Part shown: positions 40,366-49,908 of the stretch, in pieces
How the letters are laid out: each line of letters begins with the position of its first letter
How positions within the stretch are numbered: the first letter of the stretch is position 1
Assembly (NCBI GenBank): GCA_963667175.2
Contig: CAXXXF010000012.1
Coordinates: forward strand, 224,001-288,000
Source of the DNA: Candidatus Latescibacterota bacterium
GTDB taxonomy: Bacteria; Latescibacterota; UBA2968; GCA-2709665
Direction of reading: 5' to 3'
Length of the DNA: 64,000 nt
Position numbers and translations under genes: made by a program
The notes under the pieces: model-generated
The model's input: the letters and a program-made list of their open reading frames with translations, nothing else
Database searches by the model: none
Told to the model about the DNA's origin: nothing

Positions 40366-41778
40366 ATGCGAATACGTAACCCTTACCGCACGAACCGACG
40401 TTCACGATTCGGTCGCCGGTTCAGGCGGGCGAAGTTTGTACCGATCTTCCTGCCGCTCGCGGCGCTGATCTGGCTCGCGGCTTCCCGGACGCCCGAGATC
40501 GGGACCCTGCAAAATTCCGACCTCGTCCCGGAAACGCCCTCTGTAGCAGCTTCAATTGCGGCTGACCCTGAGCCGCAATTCTCGGGAATCGTCGGGCGCA
40601 TCCGTCACAGAGAGACATTCTGGGACGCGCTGAACCGTGAGGACGTCGCGCCGACCCGGATCCACGAGTTGCTCAATGCCTTGAAGACGGGAATTCCCCG
40701 GAAGGAATTCGATCCCAGAGTCGTCCGGACCGGAGACCGTTACGCATTGAGTATAGACAGCCTGGGCGCGATTCAGGCCTTTGAGTTCATCAAGAAAAGC
40801 GCTGTAGAAACACGGTACGTCGCCGCACGAAAGAACGGCGGACTGAGCGCGCACAAAGAGCGCATGCCGCTTGAACGCCGGGTTGCCGTCGTAACAGGTG
40901 AAATCCGGACGACCCTCTGGGACGCCTTGTCTGAAACCGGCGAAGAAGCCGACGTGCTGTCCGGAAAGATGTCCGGCATCTTCGAATACGAAATCGACTT
41001 CATGGTCGATTGTCGCGCCGGCGACCGTTTTGCCCTGGCACTGGAGAAGCTCTACAAGGACGGCCGATTCCTTCGGTATGGGGACATCCTTTCGTCCGAA
41101 TACCAGACGGCACGAAAAAACCATCACGCCTTTCGGTTTGAATCGCCCGACGGCCGGGTGGCCTATTACGATGCGAACGGCAAGTCGCTGCGCGGCCTGT
41201 TTCTCAAATCCCCGCTCAACTACCGCCGAATCAGTTCGGGTTATTCCAACCGCCGGTTCCACCCCATCCTGAAAAAGTATTTGCCGCACCACGGCATCGA
41301 CTATGCCGCGGCGTACGGCACGCGAGTCTGGGCGACCGCCCCGGGTAGGGTTGTTTATAAAGGGTGGAAGGGCGCTCTCGGCAACTACGTCGAAATCCGG
41401 CACCCTAACGGCTACAAGACCGGCTATGGCCACCTGAGCAAGTTCCCGCGCGGGCTGAAGAAGGGCATGTACGTCAAACAGAAGCAGACCATCGGTTTTG
41501 TCGGATCGACCGGTCGCTCGACGGGGCCGCACCTTCATTACAACTTCTACGTCAGAAGCGGCAAGGGTTATCGCCTCAGCAACCCTGCCGGCGTGGTCAA
41601 TCGATCCAGGGCCAGGCCGCTGTCCCCGGAATTGCTGGCCAGCTTCAGGCGACAGCGCGACCGCCTGCTGGCGCTGTTCGACGACCCGACGACGTCGCTC
41701 GTGACCAACCTTCAGGCCCCGCCCGGATCTCCTCACCCCCCTGCCTCGTCCAACAGCAGCCAGCCCGGAACGAATTGA
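40366..41778 (+). CDS. M23 family peptidoglycan DD-endopeptidase (MepM-like)
   Basis: HHGIDYAA, YGHLS, GSTGRSTGPHLHY; N-terminal membrane anchor. Confidence 0.92.
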   Translation: MRIRNPYRTNRRSRFGRRFRRAKFVPIFLPLAALIWLAASRTPEIGTLQNSDLVPETPSVAASIAADPEPQFSGIVGRIRHRETFWDALNREDVAPTRIHELLNALKTGIPRKEFDPRVVRTGDRYALSIDSLGAIQAFEFIKKSAVETRYVAARKNGGLSAHKERMPLERRVAVVTGEIRTTLWDALSETGEEADVLSGKMSGIFEYEIDFMVDCRAGDRFALALEKLYKDGRFLRYGDILSSEYQTARKNHHAFRFESPDGRVAYYDANGKSLRGLFLKSPLNYRRISSGYSNRRFHPILKKYLPHHGIDYAAAYGTRVWATAPGRVVYKGWKGALGNYVEIRHPNGYKTGYGHLSKFPRGLKKGMYVKQKQTIGFVGSTGRSTGPHLHYNFYVRSGKGYRLSNPAGVVNRSRARPLSPELLASFRRQRDRLLALFDDPTTSLVTNLQAPPGSPHPPASSNSSQPGTN

Positions 41779-41953
41779 ACTCGCGAGCGAGCAGTCCGTT
41801 GCAGACCACGTGGCTCCCAGGAACGGCGGCGGCGAAATCTCCCGTTTCCATCCGATCGACGCCCCGAGTTACCGAGACGAGAATACCTGCCTGAAGCCGT
41901 CGCGCGGCATCGGCCGCGCCCTGCAGTCTGCAGGCCCTTATAGGGGTATCGAC

Positions 41954-43114
41954 TTGAGACTTGCGCACTTCGACTGCCACGCCGGAATAAGCGGCGATAT
42001 GATTCTTGGCGCTCTTGTGGATGCGGGCCTGAGTATCGAGGTATTGCAGGCGGAACTCGACAAACTCCGCCTGGACGGAATCCGCCTTCAGGCCGCGAGG
42101 GTCCATCGGCACGGCATCGCCGCCACAAAGATCGACGTGGTCGCGAAAAAAGGACACCCGCATCGAGGATTGAAGGACGTGCGGCGCATCCTCGACGGCG
42201 CGGACATCTCAAGCAGAGCCAGACAACAGGCCGGCGACGTCTTCCGCCGCCTCGCCGAAGCCGAAGCCGAAGTTCACGGCATTTGCGTCGACCGCGTCCA
42301 GTTTCACGAAGTCGGCGCGGCGGACGCCATCGCGGACGTCGCCGGCGCCGTTATCGGCCTGGAACGTCTCGGCGTTGAACGGGTCTACGCCTCTCCCCTT
42401 CGATTCGGTTACGGAACCACCCGAAGTTGCCACGGCGCACTGCCGGTTCCGGTTCCCGCCGTGGTCGCCCTCTGCAGAGGCGTGCCGGCCCAGCGGACCG
42501 ACGTCCCGTTCGAACTGGTCACACCGACCGGCGCCGCGATTCTCACCACGCTCGCGGAACAGATCGGCGGCAGCCCTCCTTTTCGCACCCGGCGCATCGG
42601 GTACGGGGCAGGCAGCCGCGACCTGGATCAGTTGCCGAACCTCCTCCGTATGGAAATCGGAGATTCCGGGTCCGTCCCGCATACAGACGACATTTCCGTC
42701 ATAGAAACCAACATCGACGACATGACGCCTGAAATCTACGGCTACCTGATCGACCGTCTGCTCGCCGACGGCGCAAGAGACGCGTATCTCACGCCCGTCA
42801 TCATGAAGAAGGGGCGCCCGGGAGTGATGCTCAGCGTCCTCGCCGACCCGGACCGCGCACAGTCTGTCACGGACCGGATCTTTCGTGAAACCACAACGCT
42901 TGGCGTCCGGATCCGCCGCGTCGACCGCCAGACCGTTTCCAGGCGATCGGAGATCGTCGAAACGTCGTTCGGACCCGTGACCGTAAAGGTGGCCGACTAC
43001 GGTGGAAGGACGCGTTTCGCGCCCGAATACGAAGATTGCGCGCGTATCGCGAAGGAACGCGACGTCCCCGTTCTGGACGTCTATCGCGCCGCCGCGGACG
43101 CGGCCGGGCGCTGA
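41954..43114 (+). CDS. larC: Nickel pincer cofactor biosynthesis protein LarC
   Basis: FDCHAGISGDMILGAL, FHEVGAADAIAD, ELVTPTGAA, ETNIDDMTPE, PEYEDC. Confidence 0.93.
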   Translation: MRLAHFDCHAGISGDMILGALVDAGLSIEVLQAELDKLRLDGIRLQAARVHRHGIAATKIDVVAKKGHPHRGLKDVRRILDGADISSRARQQAGDVFRRLAEAEAEVHGICVDRVQFHEVGAADAIADVAGAVIGLERLGVERVYASPLRFGYGTTRSCHGALPVPVPAVVALCRGVPAQRTDVPFELVTPTGAAILTTLAEQIGGSPPFRTRRIGYGAGSRDLDQLPNLLRMEIGDSGSVPHTDDISVIETNIDDMTPEIYGYLIDRLLADGARDAYLTPVIMKKGRPGVMLSVLADPDRAQSVTDRIFRETTTLGVRIRRVDRQTVSRRSEIVETSFGPVTVKVADYGGRTRFAPEYEDCARIAKERDVPVLDVYRAAADAAGR

Positions 43115-43232
43115 TGCCCACGCGTCGAGCCTGCAGGCGCACGAAAACCGACGTCCGGACGTGACGGATCACCGGCCCTGAAATCTTGCGAAGCGGAAAG
43201 CACAGGCGGCGCCTGAAAGAAGGAGAACCGTT

Positions 43233-44105
43233 ATGCAAGCCGACGTACGAATCGATCCGAACGAAGAGATCGGTTTCATGAACCTGGACGAAACTGACTA
43301 CAGCAGCCTTACGACGGGAGAACAGGTCCGTCGCCTCGAGGTGGAGGGTTACGTCGTTCTCCCGGACGTCCTCGACGCGGAACACATGGACCGGATCAAG
43401 CGCGAAATGGCCGATGCGCCGATGCAGACGAAGGATTACAGCGACGCGCAGACCTTCTGCCTCGAGCCCCAATGGCGCAGCCGGGCCCTGGCCGAACTGA
43501 TCGCGCATCCGCCGATGATCGAATTCCTGGAGACGCTGCTCGGGGAAGACGTCGTGTTCACCCGGGGACTCTTCACCAGGACGCTCTCGGGCTCGCCGCC
43601 CATTTCGCTGCACACCGACGGCCAGCCTTTCGGGTCGTCCATCTTCGGATACGAAGGAAGTTGCCCGCGACTGCTGCGGGTTCTGTACTACCTGGACGAC
43701 CTGACGCCCGATCGGGCGCCGTTCCGCCTGGTGCCCCGATCCCACCTGTCGTTCCACGCGGAAGCGAACCCCTACGTGCGCTACAAATACCACCCGGGGG
43801 AGGTCACCCTCTGCGTCAGAGCCGGTACGGCGCTCGTCATCCCGATCAACCTCTTCCACGGTACCCATCCGAACCGGTCGGACGCCCAGCGGACGCTCGT
43901 TCAGCTGGGGTACCGGCCCGCCTGGGCGGGCCCCATACAACCGATGCCGGAGTGGGACCCGGAACTCGTTGCCGGCGCGCCGGCTGAAACGAAGCGCTTT
44001 CTGCAAAGCCCCAACACGACCGGACTCGACTGGAATCAGCCCCACAAACCCAAAGGGATGAAGACCGACGCAGCCGCAATCGATCCCGGGCGGTGGGAGC
44101 GCTGA
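43233..44105 (+). CDS. Phytanoyl-CoA dioxygenase (PhyH) family Fe/2OG enzyme, HxD type
   Basis: EGYVVLPDVL, LHTDG, VPRSH, LFHGT. Confidence 0.88.
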   Translation: MQADVRIDPNEEIGFMNLDETDYSSLTTGEQVRRLEVEGYVVLPDVLDAEHMDRIKREMADAPMQTKDYSDAQTFCLEPQWRSRALAELIAHPPMIEFLETLLGEDVVFTRGLFTRTLSGSPPISLHTDGQPFGSSIFGYEGSCPRLLRVLYYLDDLTPDRAPFRLVPRSHLSFHAEANPYVRYKYHPGEVTLCVRAGTALVIPINLFHGTHPNRSDAQRTLVQLGYRPAWAGPIQPMPEWDPELVAGAPAETKRFLQSPNTTGLDWNQPHKPKGMKTDAAAIDPGRWER

Positions 44106-44140
44106 CCCGGACCCGAATCCGAATGAACGCTCGGAAACCG

Positions 44141-44177
44141 AAAAAGCCCGAAGCCATTCGATTGGCCGGGCTTTTTT
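44141..44177. terminator. Bidirectional terminator between convergent PhyH genes
   Basis: aaaaagcccg...cgggctttttt. Confidence 0.8.
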
Positions 44178-44206
44178 GTGATTGCGAGTGATGGACGACT
44201 TGTGGT

Positions 44207-45019
44207 TCATCTCCTGTTCGGCAGGATCCAGACGTCCCGGAAAAATCTCTGACGCGCTTCGGCCAACCCGCCGATCACCACGGGATTCATACATGGTTTG
44301 GGTTCATGGAACCGCACCGTCACGTGATTGTAAGCGATCAGAATGGCCCGCCGGGGATTGTCCCGATTCGTCCAGGCGGATCCGGTATGCCGCACCCCTT
44401 CGGAGAAGACGACGAGACTCCCCGGCGGACACCCGTAGGTCTCCCAGAGTCCCGAGTCCGGATCGTCCGCCTGCGACGGCCAGGTCCCATCCTGAGCCGA
44501 AACCAGATTGGCTTTGTGAGACCCGGGCACCAGGCACGTGCCGCCCTGCCCCTTCTTGACTTCGTTCAGTTCCCATACGATACGTGTCATCCCGCCGTAG
44601 ATTCGACCGTTGTGAAAGCGGTAGGAAAGGGACGGTTCGAGATTCGTCCCGCCCACGTGGGGCCGCCACTGATCCTGAGTGGTCTCGGCCGACCTTGCGG
44701 AAACAAAGACGCTCTCCAGGCGAATGCGATCGCGCTCGGGATGAATCACTCCCTGCAGGATCCCCATGACTCTGGGATGATCGATCAGGAATTCCGCGGG
44801 GCCGGCGATGGGCGCCCGGTGCTGCTCGGGCAGGCTGGCGGAGTCCTTCAGGTAAACCTCAAGATGCTCGCGAACCGTTTGGACTTCATGGTTCGTGAGC
44901 ACCTCCGGAATCACCAGATATCCCTTCAGGTCGAACAGAAATTTCTCGTATTCCGACATCGGAAGGTTCCGGTCCGCCCGCTCGCCTCGTCGGATTTCCG
45001 CGTCTCCATGGGTCTTCAT
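44207..45019 (-). CDS. PhyH family Fe/2OG enzyme with HxG motif
   Basis: FDLKGYLVIP, PHVGG, LVPGSHK, FSEGVRHTG. Confidence 0.85.
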   Translation of the reverse strand: MKTHGDAEIRRGERADRNLPMSEYEKFLFDLKGYLVIPEVLTNHEVQTVREHLEVYLKDSASLPEQHRAPIAGPAEFLIDHPRVMGILQGVIHPERDRIRLESVFVSARSAETTQDQWRPHVGGTNLEPSLSYRFHNGRIYGGMTRIVWELNEVKKGQGGTCLVPGSHKANLVSAQDGTWPSQADDPDSGLWETYGCPPGSLVVFSEGVRHTGSAWTNRDNPRRAILIAYNHVTVRFHEPKPCMNPVVIGGLAEARQRFFRDVWILPNRR

Positions 45020-45101
45020 GGCACGTACTCCTTGCAGGACCGGCGGGTTGCCGTCCGGGCTTCAAAGGCAGATAATCGGCGATTTCACCGGCAGGCGCCT
45101 G

Positions 45102-47366
45102 TTACTCGATCGCGATGTTTTCACTCGCATGTACGAACAGGACGTCGTGCCCGCCGTCGTAGCGGCGAAGCGCGTCCGCCACCGAATCGGATCGGACCTC
45201 GTCTCTGGTCAGGCCGGCGATCACCAGGTCGGCCTCGGAAGAGCGGCGGGAGACCTCCTCCTCGACGGATTCATCTGTAGCGCATTCGACGGAGGTGACG
45301 TTCTGCATGGAAATGGGCAGCCGGCCCTCCGTCATCAGACTGGACAGCCTGCGCGTCTCGCGTTCCGCGTCTCCAGACTCATGACAGGCGAAGAGCCGGA
45401 TCTCTGCCCGTCGCCAGTCGCGATGGCCCACGACGATGTACGCCAGAAGCAGCATCAGCGGCGCGTTTGCCAGATTCTCTTCCGTCACCCACAGGTGAAT
45501 CGAAGACCGGTAACCGAACCGGTAGTTCGTGGACCGCAGGACCAGGACGTTGAACATCGACTCGGCCGCGAGGCGCGCGCCCTCGGCGGTTTCCTCGATT
45601 TCATCGGGCTGGGCTTTGTCGAACTCAAGCAGCACGCAGTTATTCGGCAGACCGGAAATGCCGGGCATCTGGAGCGTCTGCGCCAGCGCCTGGCCGAACG
45701 ACGGACAGATCAGGGAATCGACGAAAATGCCCGCCCCGCTGACGTCCGCGCGGTCGATGAGTTTGTCCACCTGAGTGCGGGCGTTCGCCTCGCCGTCGAG
45801 CGAGTATTCGCCTTGAAAGTACTGGATGAAATGCCCGAACCCGTGCCGGTGGCTGATCCAGCGCAACAGATCGAAGTGTCCCAATCGCCGGTCGCCGAAT
45901 CGGGTCACCGCGACAATCGAGGGGCGCCAGCCGCCGTCGTATTTCTCAACCTGGTTCTTCTGCAGCGTGATCTGCAGCCGGCGGGTCAACTGGAACATCG
46001 TTCCCTGGAAGATCGCCGTGAGGTCTCGTTCTCCCTTTCGGGAGTGCCGCAGCCCGAAGTATATCGCGGCCATGAGCACGATGGATATCAGGAAATATTG
46101 AAAACTCATCTGCATCATCATCAGCGCGCACATGACCGCGCCGATCAGCGACACGTACCATCGCGAATGAAACGTGGGGCGGTACGAGGGATTCCCGGCG
46201 AAATATTCGAGGAAAGAAACCGCGCACAGAGCGCCGTACGTGACCATGAAGAACATGCTGAGAATCTGCGCGATGAAGTCGATGTCTCCCAGAACGACGA
46301 ATACCACGGCGACCGCGCTCGAAACGGTGGTTGCGTACACGGGCTCCTGCGCCCTGCCCATGCCTTTCGCAAGCAGGCGGTTCAATCGAGGGATGGGAAA
46401 GACTTTGTCCCGGGCGAGGGCCTGGAGGGTTCTCGGCGCCACGAGGATCGAACCGAGGGCCGATGAAATCGCGGCCGCCCCCAGGCCGATATGAATTGCC
46501 GGACCCCAGATCGCAATCTGCGCCATGATGAACTGGTCGCCGTCAAGGGCTTGCGGCGTCGCGCTCTGTGCGAGCTTGACCGCGACCACCGCGTACACGA
46601 CCATGCCTACAAGGGTCGCGGCGATGATTCCCAGAGGGATACTCCGCTGGGGATTCTTCAGATCTCCGGAGAGTCCCAGCCCGGCGATCATCCCCGTAAA
46701 AGCCGGAAAGCAGGTCGCAAAGACCACGCCGAACGCGTCCGGCGTTTCTATGCTGGCGGTCAGATGAAGCGCGTCAGGGCGCATGGACTCGGGAGCCGTT
46801 CCGAAAAGGAACGACAGGATGGACACGCCGAGAATCACGCTGACGACCCACAGGGCGCTGACGCCCACGCCGGCGCCTTTGACGAGCATCAGGACGATCA
46901 GCAACAGGGCACAGGACAGGCTCACCCAGCGCGGATCGGCCTCCACCTGGTATTCATCGTAGACCCACGCATAGACCGGCTCGAACGCCTCCGCGAACGC
47001 GACCAGATAGAACGCCACCGATATCGCCTGGGAGAGATAGAGCGCGATTCCGATCGTACCGCCGATGCTCGTGCCGAACGACCGGCTGATAATGTAGTAG
47101 GCGCCGCCCCCCGCGACGCGGCGGTTTGTGGCGATCTCGGACACCGCCAGGACCGTGGGGATGGTCACCAGGTGCCCGAGTACGATGATCATCAGGCTGC
47201 CCCAGAGTCCGGTGTGCGCGACCGCGTATCCGAATCGAAGGAACAGGATGGCGCCGAGGATCGTGCTGATGGACGCGAGAAAGACCGGCGCCGTGCCGAA
47301 TCCATGGCCCGCCGGGGAAGCCGTCGACCCTCCAGCCGGCGCCGCTTCCGCGGATTTAGGCGTCAT
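45102..47366 (-). CDS. SLC12/cation-chloride cotransporter-like APC permease
   Basis: STILGAILFLRFG, GGGAYYIISRSFG..IGG.IG, FPAFTGMIAG..LSGDLKNP..SIPLG, WRPSI, GISGLPNN C-terminal domain. Confidence 0.85.
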   Translation of the reverse strand: MTPKSAEAAPAGGSTASPAGHGFGTAPVFLASISTILGAILFLRFGYAVAHTGLWGSLMIIVLGHLVTIPTVLAVSEIATNRRVAGGGAYYIISRSFGTSIGGTIGIALYLSQAISVAFYLVAFAEAFEPVYAWVYDEYQVEADPRWVSLSCALLLIVLMLVKGAGVGVSALWVVSVILGVSILSFLFGTAPESMRPDALHLTASIETPDAFGVVFATCFPAFTGMIAGLGLSGDLKNPQRSIPLGIIAATLVGMVVYAVVAVKLAQSATPQALDGDQFIMAQIAIWGPAIHIGLGAAAISSALGSILVAPRTLQALARDKVFPIPRLNRLLAKGMGRAQEPVYATTVSSAVAVVFVVLGDIDFIAQILSMFFMVTYGALCAVSFLEYFAGNPSYRPTFHSRWYVSLIGAVMCALMMMQMSFQYFLISIVLMAAIYFGLRHSRKGERDLTAIFQGTMFQLTRRLQITLQKNQVEKYDGGWRPSIVAVTRFGDRRLGHFDLLRWISHRHGFGHFIQYFQGEYSLDGEANARTQVDKLIDRADVSGAGIFVDSLICPSFGQALAQTLQMPGISGLPNNCVLLEFDKAQPDEIEETAEGARLAAESMFNVLVLRSTNYRFGYRSSIHLWVTEENLANAPLMLLLAYIVVGHRDWRRAEIRLFACHESGDAERETRRLSSLMTEGRLPISMQNVTSVECATDESVEEEVSRRSSEADLVIAGLTRDEVRSDSVADALRRYDGGHDVLFVHASENIAIE

Positions 47367-47680
47367 TACAGGTCCTTTCTCTCGTTAAATTGTGGAAACG
47401 ATACCGGATGCATTGCGGTCGCGCCCGTGACGCGCACCGGCCGGTTCGCAGCCTTTCGTCGACGTTGCGGTATGGTACTGAAATCCAACGGTTATGGCAA
47501 GAAAAACGACTACAGACTCTCGATAACGGAGTCCCGTCCACATGGGGCGTTTCCCGGTCGTTATCCCGGTAGCGTGCCCGGCACGTGAGCGTTTATCCAT
47601 CTGCCTGCGAAACCACAAAAAGGTTTGTTTCAGCGATGGCACATCGGGGCCGGGAGGCGACAGCGCCGTCGATCAATACG

Positions 47681-47716
47681 AAAAAGGGCCTGTGACGTAT
47701 TCATCACAGGTCCCTT
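47681..47716 (-). terminator. Terminator downstream of tRNA-Val
   Basis: aaggg.cctgtga...tcacagg.ccctttttt on the minus strand. Confidence 0.75.
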
Positions 47717-47734
47717 GCTTTCTGTAAATTTCAA

Positions 47735-47811
47735 TGGTGGGCGATACTGGACTCGAACCAGTGACCTCTTGCATGTCAAGCAAGCACTCTAACCACCTGA
47801 GCTAATCGCCC
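47735..47811 (-). tRNA. tRNA-Val(GAC)
   Basis: GGGCGATTAGCTCAGGTGGTTAGAG...CTTGC-TTGACAT-GCAAG...GGTTCGAGTCCAGTATCGCCCACCA; CCA encoded. Confidence 0.97.
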
Positions 47812-47946
47812 GTCCATTTCGAACCGGTTACGTGGAGCGCCGGGAATCCGGTGACAGCCAGTTCGCAGTTCGTTAACGAGTTGCGACGCGAAATCTGGTC
47901 ATCCGTTCGTACCGAGGCGCGAACCCCCCGGCCGATTCAGACAAAA

Positions 47947-47975
47947 AATCTATACGAAACAGTGGGCGAAGTCAA
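47947..47975 (-). promoter_or_regulatory. sigma70 promoter of tRNA-Val
   Basis: TTGACT-17bp-TAGATT. Confidence 0.55.
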
Positions 47976-48084
47976 GCGGAATGTGGGACCGGAAGGCTGC
48001 CTCGGACGGCGCCTGATCCGATGGCAGTCAGCCGTCGCGCGACCCGTCTATTTTCTGGCGGCGACCCGGGTTTGGGGTCGTTTG

Positions 48085-48116
48085 CGCTTGACATCCACGG
48101 ACGAAGGCCGAATATT
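48085..48116 (+). promoter_or_regulatory. Promoter near-identical to 28207-28238
   Basis: TTGACA-17bp-AATATT. Confidence 0.55.
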
Positions 48117-48203
48117 GGCGGTTCCGGGTCGTCAGGGCAGGTAGCGCGGGTTTCGGTCCGGTCAACCCGGAGGCGTGCTTCCTGGCGCCAATTGATGCAA
48201 TAG

Positions 48204-48382
48204 CAGTCCGTTGAAAGAGTCGCTCTGCAGGCGAGGCCGAGTCATTGTGGCCGAAGACAAGACGCGCGACCGACGCGAATCCCTGGATTCGGGGAGGGAG
48301 CGCCTGCCTGCTGCAGGCAGGCAACGCCGTAGTTCGGCCATAAGGGCAGGACGCAGCCCGGATGGACTTTTTCAACGGGCTG
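48204..48382. mobile_element. MITE copy 3 (179 bp) with ATAG target-site duplication
   Basis: atag|cagtccgttgaaagag ... ctttttcaacgggctg|atag. Confidence 0.88.
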
Positions 48383-48401
48383 ATAGGGGTAGAGAATCAC
48401 C

Positions 48402-49478
48402 ATGAAAACCTACAAAGCCGCACTGATCGGGTGCAGCCGAATGGGCGCCTTCATCGACAATGAAGTGCCTGAATCCTGGGGCGCTTATTCGCATGCGGCG
48501 GGATACGAGGCGTGCGAAAGAACGGAAATGGTCGCCTGTTCGGACTTGCGCGGGGAAGCCATGAAACAGGCCGGACTCCGCTATGGCGTGCCGGAAGAGA
48601 GGCAGTACCTCGACTACCGGGAGATGATCGAACGCGAGCGCCCGGAAATCGTCAGCGTAGCCACCCAGCCCGAGCAGCGCGCCGGAATCGTCGTCGACAC
48701 GGTCGAACGGGGGGTCCGCGCGGTCTATGGCGAAAAAGCCATGGCCGCATCTCTCGACGAAGCCGACGCGATGGTGGAAGCGGTCGAGCGGAACGGCGCC
48801 GTCTTCAACATGGGCACAAACCGCCGCTGGGACCCTGGCTATGACGCGATGAAGGAGTTGATCGACGGCGGGCGGATCGGCCGCCTGCGCACGCTGATCA
48901 TCCATCAGACCGGGCCCCTCTTCAACGGCGCCAGCCACAGCTTCGACCTGCTGATGCGGCTCAACGGCGACAACCCCGTTGCCTGGGTTCAGGCCCACCT
49001 GCCGAACGGAGACCAGGTGATCGACGGCGAACGCCTGACCGAGGACCCGGTGGGGCACGGGTTCATGAAATTCGAAAACGGCGTCACCGCGTACGCGTTG
49101 AATTCAGGACGGGGGATGGAAGTGGAGGCGGTGGGCGACAGCGGCGTGGTCACGGGAACGCATAACGGCAAGGCGTGGGAATTGCGAGCACACGGCGCCG
49201 AAGACCATCGCGGCCGGCCCGTGCTGGTGCCGCAGGAATTTCCGGCCTTCAAACCGGCAAGTTCAACGGTCCGGCTGATCGAAGACCTCGTCCACTCGCT
49301 GGACACCGGAGAACCGCCGCGCGGCGGCGTGAGGACGGCACGCGCCAATACCGAACTTATCTTCGCGTTTGTCGAATCTCACGTGCGGGGCGGAGCGAGG
49401 GTCGAGTTGCCGATACGCGGCAGCAGGTACCGTCTGCAGAGAAACAGGGCGCCGCGCGAGCCGAAATATCAGCGTTGA
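48402..49478 (+). CDS. Gfo/Idh/MocA family oxidoreductase
   Basis: AALIGCSRMG, VSVATQP, YGEKAMA, NRRWDP. Confidence 0.88.
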   Translation: MKTYKAALIGCSRMGAFIDNEVPESWGAYSHAAGYEACERTEMVACSDLRGEAMKQAGLRYGVPEERQYLDYREMIERERPEIVSVATQPEQRAGIVVDTVERGVRAVYGEKAMAASLDEADAMVEAVERNGAVFNMGTNRRWDPGYDAMKELIDGGRIGRLRTLIIHQTGPLFNGASHSFDLLMRLNGDNPVAWVQAHLPNGDQVIDGERLTEDPVGHGFMKFENGVTAYALNSGRGMEVEAVGDSGVVTGTHNGKAWELRAHGAEDHRGRPVLVPQEFPAFKPASSTVRLIEDLVHSLDTGEPPRGGVRTARANTELIFAFVESHVRGGARVELPIRGSRYRLQRNRAPREPKYQR

Positions 49479-49524
49479 GGCCGCATTGTGCATTGACGGT
49501 TCACCAACACGGCGGGACCCCGGT

Positions 49525-49908
49525 CTAAAGAGACTCGGGCCGGTACAAAATCTGCAGCAGATTGCCTTCGGGATCCGCCAGAAAGTTGAACCGGGTCCCC
49601 GCGGAAGTCTCCCGGTACGGCCCCACAAACGCGGCGCCGCGGCTCTCCAGTACCCGGCACGCCGAATCGAAGTCATCCACCGAGAGCGCAATATGCCGGA
49701 TGCCCGCATCGTCGGCGGCGCCGGGCGTGCGCGTCCGGTCGTTTGAAGGCAGGAACTCCAGGATTCCGCCTCCCGGGAGGCGCACGAAATAGGTCCGGCT
49801 CTCTTCGTTCTCAAGGATCATCTCGAATTCAAGAATGTCGCAGTACCAACGGGCGAGCGCTTTGGAATCGGCCGCGACAATTGCGATATGCTCGATCGAT
49901 CGGATCAT
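49525..49908 (-). CDS. VOC/glyoxalase family protein
   Basis: IEHIAI, GIRHIALSVDD, FLADPEGNLLQI. Confidence 0.88.
   Translation of the reverse strand: MIRSIEHIAIVAADSKALARWYCDILEFEMILENEESRTYFVRLPGGGILEFLPSNDRTRTPGAADDAGIRHIALSVDDFDSACRVLESRGAAFVGPYRETSAGTRFNFLADPEGNLLQILYRPESL

Noticed and set aside
47367-47680. c-di-AMP or other riboswitch ahead of the SLC12-like transporter
   Set aside because: atcgctgaa resembles the start of the ydaO motif, but the remaining conserved blocks are missing.
47735-47811. tRNA-Val as the target of the integrase
   Set aside because: Its 3' end differs from the att fragment at 62051-62071 and is followed directly by its terminator.
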